This document shows positions 43,969 through 48,044 of a stretch of 48,044 nt of DNA, piece after piece. Under the pieces are notes generated by a model. That model was not told the DNA's origin and did not search any database. It saw nothing but the letters and a program-made list of their open reading frames with translations. A program made the position numbers and the translations under genes. The DNA is from a virus (taxonomy: Duplodnaviria; Caudoviricetes). The stretch's first letter is position 1, and each line of letters starts with the position of its first letter. Location: positions 1 to 48,044 of the IMG/VR virus record IMGVR_UViG_3300043787_000001; one strand, written 5' to 3'.

Positions 43969-44323
43969 GAATCAACGCGACGGCCTGCGTCATCACGCGG
44001 TCTAGGATACCGGATAGCTTGCCGTTGCCGAAAAAAGCGAAGTTGTAATTCATCATCGCCCATTCCAGCCTTAGCAAGTCTTCAGCCGACTTCACGTGGT
44101 TGTCAACGAGTGCCATCGATTCGAGCATTAACGGTGCGTCGCGCCCGTCGATTTTCACGCCGACGTACTTCATGATTTTCAACATCAGCGCTTCGTTCGT
44201 GCTGTAGTCGCCAACCTTCGGTAGCGCGCTGGTCGGGTATTGCATGATAATTTCCCGGCCGACCGTAGCGGGAAATTTCGAAAGGATAAACTTCGTCCCT
44301 TCAAGTTCTTTAGGTTCTAGCAT
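43904..44323 (-). CDS. Tail assembly chaperone
   Basis: Between tube and tape measure; SKFPA..GRE and LE.....YNF motifs. Confidence 0.75.
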   Translation of the reverse strand: MLEPKELEGTKFILSKFPATVGREIIMQYPTSALPKVGDYSTNEALMLKIMKYVGVKIDGRDAPLMLESMALVDNHVKSAEDLLRLEWAMMNYNFAFFGNGKLSGILDRVMTQAVALIQKTLTDLSPVLQAKQDGAAQP

Positions 44324-44344
44324 GATGGGTGCCCTGTTAATGAG

Positions 44345-44367
44345 AAAGGGCCGCATGTAGCGGCCCC
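44345..44367 (-). terminator. Terminator-like hairpin after the tail tube gene
   Basis: GGGCCGC/GCGGCCC inverted repeat plus TTTCT. Confidence 0.65.
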
Positions 44368-44394
44368 TGTATTATCGCATTTGCGGGTTCGGGC

Positions 44395-44853
44395 TTACGA
44401 ACCGATACGTGCGATGGTGATATTTTCGAATGCGAACTTGTACGTCTTCGACTTCATGCGACCGGCCGACGAAATGCTGTTCGACGGTGAACCATCCGTC
44501 ATGCGCCCGTTGGTCAGCGCCACGGTATAACCCGACGGGTACTGACCAATCAGCGTGATAACGTCACGTGCCGACTGCTTGTTTTTGCCGACGCGGTTGG
44601 CAGCGAACAGCACCGCCAGATTGTTATCATCGTCCGATTCCGGCACGACTGCCAGATTGGTCAACAACGGCGTCGCCTTCGACCACGTGAGCAAGTCGCC
44701 GTTCAGACCCATTGCGATATCGGCAATTTTGATATCGGGAAAGTCGAACGGGTCAGCATCGTCGGCGTACTGTTCAACGACCAAACCAACCGGATATGTA
44801 ACCGACGCACGGAGCGTGATTACCAGCCCAAATCCACCAATTTCACCATTCAT
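44395..44853 (-). CDS. Tail tube protein
   Basis: 152 aa with ADDADP, MGLNGD and GRMK..Y.FAF motifs; follows the sheath. Confidence 0.85.
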   Translation of the reverse strand: MNGEIGGFGLVITLRASVTYPVGLVVEQYADDADPFDFPDIKIADIAMGLNGDLLTWSKATPLLTNLAVVPESDDDNNLAVLFAANRVGKNKQSARDVITLIGQYPSGYTVALTNGRMTDGSPSNSISSAGRMKSKTYKFAFENITIARIGS

Positions 44854-44913
44854 GGTTATTCACTCCAAAGTTTGTAACGGTTGCAAGATGCGCGGCGAAC
44901 CGCGCACGCCTGC

Positions 44914-46509
44914 TTACATCAGTTGATGCGAACCGACGATCGATTTGATAACGTCGTCCTTGCGGTAGATGATGGTGTAGTTATAGGTGTAGTTCGTCAC
45001 ACCGTTACTAACCGCGCTTGTGATGGTCGAACCGAACCAGTAACCCGTACTTTGCACCTGTTGCCATGCGGTGCTGTCGTTGGTCTGCTGCGTGATGTAC
45101 GTTTGCTGCGCCAGCGTCAACGTCGAATTCGCGCTGATAGTGCCGTTCGCAAGTGCAAGTTGGATGCCGCTTGCGGGTGACTGGCTCGTTGCGGGCTGAC
45201 CGGCCAACGTCGTATCACACATGACTTGCCCGCGCTTGTTTGCCGGGATTTGCCCAACCGACAGTTGCAGGTTCATCAGGTTCGCGCCGCACATGTCCTT
45301 AAACCACATTTCGTTGGCGAACACGGTGCTGTCAACCGGCGCAGTAGCACCGCCGCACAATACGCCGCGCTGATAGAACGCGACTTGCGCACCGGCCGAT
45401 TGCGTCACGCCGTAGTAGTTCACGCGCGCTGCGTCCAATGTATCGGATTGCACGGTGCCAGGATTGTCGTTGATGCTGGGCGTGTAAATGCCGTTCTGCT
45501 TGAACATGAAGCCAAGCGTACCGTTGACCGCGTTGAAGTTGATGGACGCGTGAATTGCCATCGGCAGCATTTCGAGATACTGACGTTCGCCGGTAATGCT
45601 CACGTCTTCGTATTCCAGACCGACGCCAGCGATACCGATAAGCGCGGCCGACCACGTTGACCACGTTGTAGGCGTGACCCATACGCGGAAAATCGCCATG
45701 ACGTTCAGCGCGGCGTTCGCGGTTGCAACAGCAGTTGCGTCCGACAGCGTAAGCGCCGACGTGTCGGTGTAGCAGAACTCACCGAAATTGTTGTTGCTGT
45801 TGTACACGCGGTTATAACCCGCAACGCGTGTTTCAAGCAACGAAGCGTCGTTGACGAGTGCGCCTTGGCTTTCATACCAACCCAGCGCGGCGGCAACGTC
45901 GGTCGTTGGCGTGACACCGGCAGGTGCAACGACGTTGAACAGTTCGGTTGCCGTGACGGTCGAGTTTGCGCTGAAGTCGAACGCCTGCGCCGTGGGATTC
46001 CACGTCACCGAACATGCGGTTAGCTCGCCATTGGGCGCTGACGCCGCAGCGGCGATAAGCGCCGTTTGCAGGGTCGTTGCGACTGCCGCCAACGTGGCAT
46101 CCGCCGCGAAGTCAAGCCCGGTCAAGTTCACCTTGGTTGCGCCGAATTGCAACGTCAGCGCACCGGCCGTGATGGCGTTCAGTGCGGCAAGCGTCGCAAC
46201 TTCAGCTTCACCATAGATGGTTGCTGGCTGGTTCGCTTCGACCCAACGCACAAACTGGATTGCAACCGGCGCAGTGCCCAGCGGCGAAACAAAACTTTCG
46301 TACGCAAGCGCACGCGCATATTCTTCGGACGACGTACCGAAAAATGCGCCAACGCTTTCGCCGCCGTCAACCGGAAATTGCAGAATTGCATTCGGCCCAA
46401 CAAGCGGGTTCGTTGTGAAAATGCGCGCGCACCACTGACGTTGCGGAATTTGAGCGGCGGCACCGACTACCGATGTGATATCGATAAATTTGCTAAATCG
46501 AATAGCCAT
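44914..46509 (-). CDS. Tail sheath protein (DUF3383-type)
   Basis: AAGGAG RBS before MAIRFS; VG.FFG..SEEY, NYYG and NEMW motifs. Confidence 0.88.
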   Translation of the reverse strand: MAIRFSKFIDITSVVGAAAQIPQRQWCARIFTTNPLVGPNAILQFPVDGGESVGAFFGTSSEEYARALAYESFVSPLGTAPVAIQFVRWVEANQPATIYGEAEVATLAALNAITAGALTLQFGATKVNLTGLDFAADATLAAVATTLQTALIAAAASAPNGELTACSVTWNPTAQAFDFSANSTVTATELFNVVAPAGVTPTTDVAAALGWYESQGALVNDASLLETRVAGYNRVYNSNNNFGEFCYTDTSALTLSDATAVATANAALNVMAIFRVWVTPTTWSTWSAALIGIAGVGLEYEDVSITGERQYLEMLPMAIHASINFNAVNGTLGFMFKQNGIYTPSINDNPGTVQSDTLDAARVNYYGVTQSAGAQVAFYQRGVLCGGATAPVDSTVFANEMWFKDMCGANLMNLQLSVGQIPANKRGQVMCDTTLAGQPATSQSPASGIQLALANGTISANSTLTLAQQTYITQQTNDSTAWQQVQSTGYWFGSTITSAVSNGVTNYTYNYTIIYRKDDVIKSIVGSHQLM

Positions 46510-46528
46510 TTTGGCAATTCTCCTTTGG

Positions 46529-47068
46529 TTAAATACGGCCGAAGTTCTGTTCAAACTCCGTGATAACGCCCGTGGACGTTGTGAACACGTCTTTGTGCGT
46601 GAATATGATATCAAACGAACACCATGCAACATTTTGTGCGCTTGAATCCTGCAACCAAATCAACGGTAAATCCTGCACGCGGAAAACGTTGCAACCAGCC
46701 GCAACAAATGCGGCAAGGTTCGTTTCGTCCGTCATGATGCTGTTTGCGATTCCCGCAAGGTCGCCCGATGTCAATGCGTCAGGTGCGGCCGGGCTGGCGT
46801 TGGGCACAAGGCCAGCAATCTGGAATCGCGTGTGAACAACCTGCGTCTTGGTCGTTGTGAACGCCCCCGTGCCGGTGTTATACGCATCCTTACGCGCGGG
46901 CCAACCATATGGCTTGCGCGGCCCCAACGTGTGAAACACGGTTGGCGTTGATGGCATGACGAACTGACGCGGCTGATTGTTCTGCTTTACGGCGGCAGTA
47001 ACGCCACGCGCGGCAAGTCCCGCAATCAATGTTGAACTGATGATTGTCTGAAGCGCCGAATCAAGCAT
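46529..47068 (-). CDS. Tail terminator/neck protein
   Basis: Start MLDSALQ overlaps the upstream stop; upstream of the sheath. Confidence 0.7.
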   Translation of the reverse strand: MLDSALQTIISSTLIAGLAARGVTAAVKQNNQPRQFVMPSTPTVFHTLGPRKPYGWPARKDAYNTGTGAFTTTKTQVVHTRFQIAGLVPNASPAAPDALTSGDLAGIANSIMTDETNLAAFVAAGCNVFRVQDLPLIWLQDSSAQNVAWCSFDIIFTHKDVFTTSTGVITEFEQNFGRI

Positions 47069-47495
47069 TTGTTGTGTTTCCCGTAGCAGGCCCGACATCA
47101 ACACCCAACACGCGGGTCCAATTGTCCTGTTGTGTCCACGGCGTATCGCCCACAAGCTGATAACGCCGCGACACGCCCGAAATAAGCGCGCCCTGTTTAG
47201 TTACGGGCCATTCGATGACATCGCCGTTGCCATCAGGGTTGCGGGTGACGGATAGCGCGTTGACGTTCGGAACGAACCAGTTGACGTACGACTTTTGAAG
47301 GTCAAGGCCCAGCGCTTCATAACGCGCACGGTCGATAGGCTGAACGCTGCCCAACGTGACGGTCTGCGGCGCGCTGTACGTCGTCACATCAAGGCCGGTA
47401 GGGCCGGTCGTCACTGACGCGAACTGAAACCAGTTGACGTTCTGTGACCCGATGACGGTCAGCGCCAGTTTTAGGATGTTTGAGCCGGGAATCAT
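47061..47495 (-). CDS. Head closure/neck protein
   Basis: GSVQP...YEALGLD motif; synteny. Confidence 0.7.
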   Translation of the reverse strand: MIPGSNILKLALTVIGSQNVNWFQFASVTTGPTGLDVTTYSAPQTVTLGSVQPIDRARYEALGLDLQKSYVNWFVPNVNALSVTRNPDGNGDVIEWPVTKQGALISGVSRRYQLVGDTPWTQQDNWTRVLGVDVGPATGNTTNA

Positions 47496-48044
47496 TTAAC
47501 GGGCACCTTTTCAGGGTCTTTCATGTTGACGCTAACTGACACTGTTGCCAGCATGTAACCGCTGTCATTCAACGGTGAATCGGTGATACCAACAGCTTCG
47601 TCCTGTGCTTGCTGCGGGTTCTTCTTGACCATGCGGGCGATTTGCCCAATGGTTGCGCCTGTGACTTTCATGCCGTCGCGGCGATAGGCACGCGCGACTA
47701 GCGTGATAAGCGATAATCCGCCGCCGCGCGCAATCTGCGCAATCTTGTGTTGGATGTCGCCGCCCACTTGCAGACCGATTGCGGTCAGCGCGTCTTCGGT
47801 TGACATCTTGCCGTTCACGATTCGTTTGGACAGAACAAACATAAGGTCAGCCCATTCTTTCTCGCGTTCGTCGGCCGTCGTTTGCAGAAAGGGCCGCTTG
47901 TGCGGCCCGTGTTCGTTAATCGCTGCAACGTAGGCAACTGGCGTTGAGTTGTCGTCAGCGTACTTTGACGACTCGAACCAGCCGACGCGCACATTCGCGG
48001 CGCTTAGGTCTTTCAACGCCTTGTTCAATGCGCCCGACGCCGGG
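47492..48044 (-). CDS. Neck/tail-completion protein (3' part; true start at position 153 across the join, ~192 aa)
   Basis: VGWFE, VAYVAAINEHG, RPFL and PL.DSG.M motifs. Confidence 0.8.
   Translation of the reverse strand, partial: PASGALNKALKDLSAANVRVGWFESSKYADDNSTPVAYVAAINEHGPHKRPFLQTTADEREKEWADLMFVLSKRIVNGKMSTEDALTAIGLQVGGDIQHKIAQIARGGGLSLITLVARAYRRDGMKVTGATIGQIARMVKKNPQQAQDEAVGITDSPLNDSGYMLATVSVSVNMKDPEKVPVK
47918..48044. repeat. Terminal direct repeat, right copy (identical to 1-127)
   Basis: Exact match to the start of the window. Confidence 0.95.

Noticed and set aside
45001-45013. Additional operator copy ACCGTTACTAACC inside the sheath gene
   Set aside because: Imperfect, within coding sequence and with no associated promoter elements; may be chance
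47918-48044. Biological terminal repeat or att site
   Set aside because: The length equals a common assembler k-mer and it lies mid-gene, so it is most likely an assembly overlap

Overview
The window is an essentially complete ~47.9 kb tailed dsDNA phage genome. Bases 1-127 repeat exactly at 47918-48044, consistent with a circular assembly overlap, and one neck gene crosses the join. It is a contractile-tailed myovirus with Bcep781/PB1-type structural families: DUF1073-type portal, MuF-like head protein, DUF2213 protease/scaffold, DUF2184-like capsid, DUF3383-type sheath, baseplate J, DUF2612 and a tape measure with a lysozyme domain. The lysis cassette is holin, SAR endolysin and Rz/Rz1. The replication module has an AEP primase-helicase, SF2 helicase, Cas4-like nuclease, SSB and family-B polymerase. 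No integrase, tRNA or CRISPR array was seen. A betaproteobacterial (Burkholderia-like) host is only an inference. Most notable: (1) a Nudix hydrolase domain inside the prohead protease/scaffold protein, bounded by an exact in-frame 19-bp direct repeat encoding AVAGDA, with a recurring x-M/G-D motif across head proteins, suggesting a capsid-loaded, proteolytically released enzyme cargo; (2) a palindrome CGTTASTAACG (7 perfect copies plus variants), often in the spacer of sigma70 promoters that drive accessory cassettes; (3) -10 hexamers overlapping terminator hairpins in front of late genes; (4) an outer-membrane beta-barrel gene, a candidate origin and a candidate structured RNA. All family assignments come from motif recognition and synteny, not database searches.
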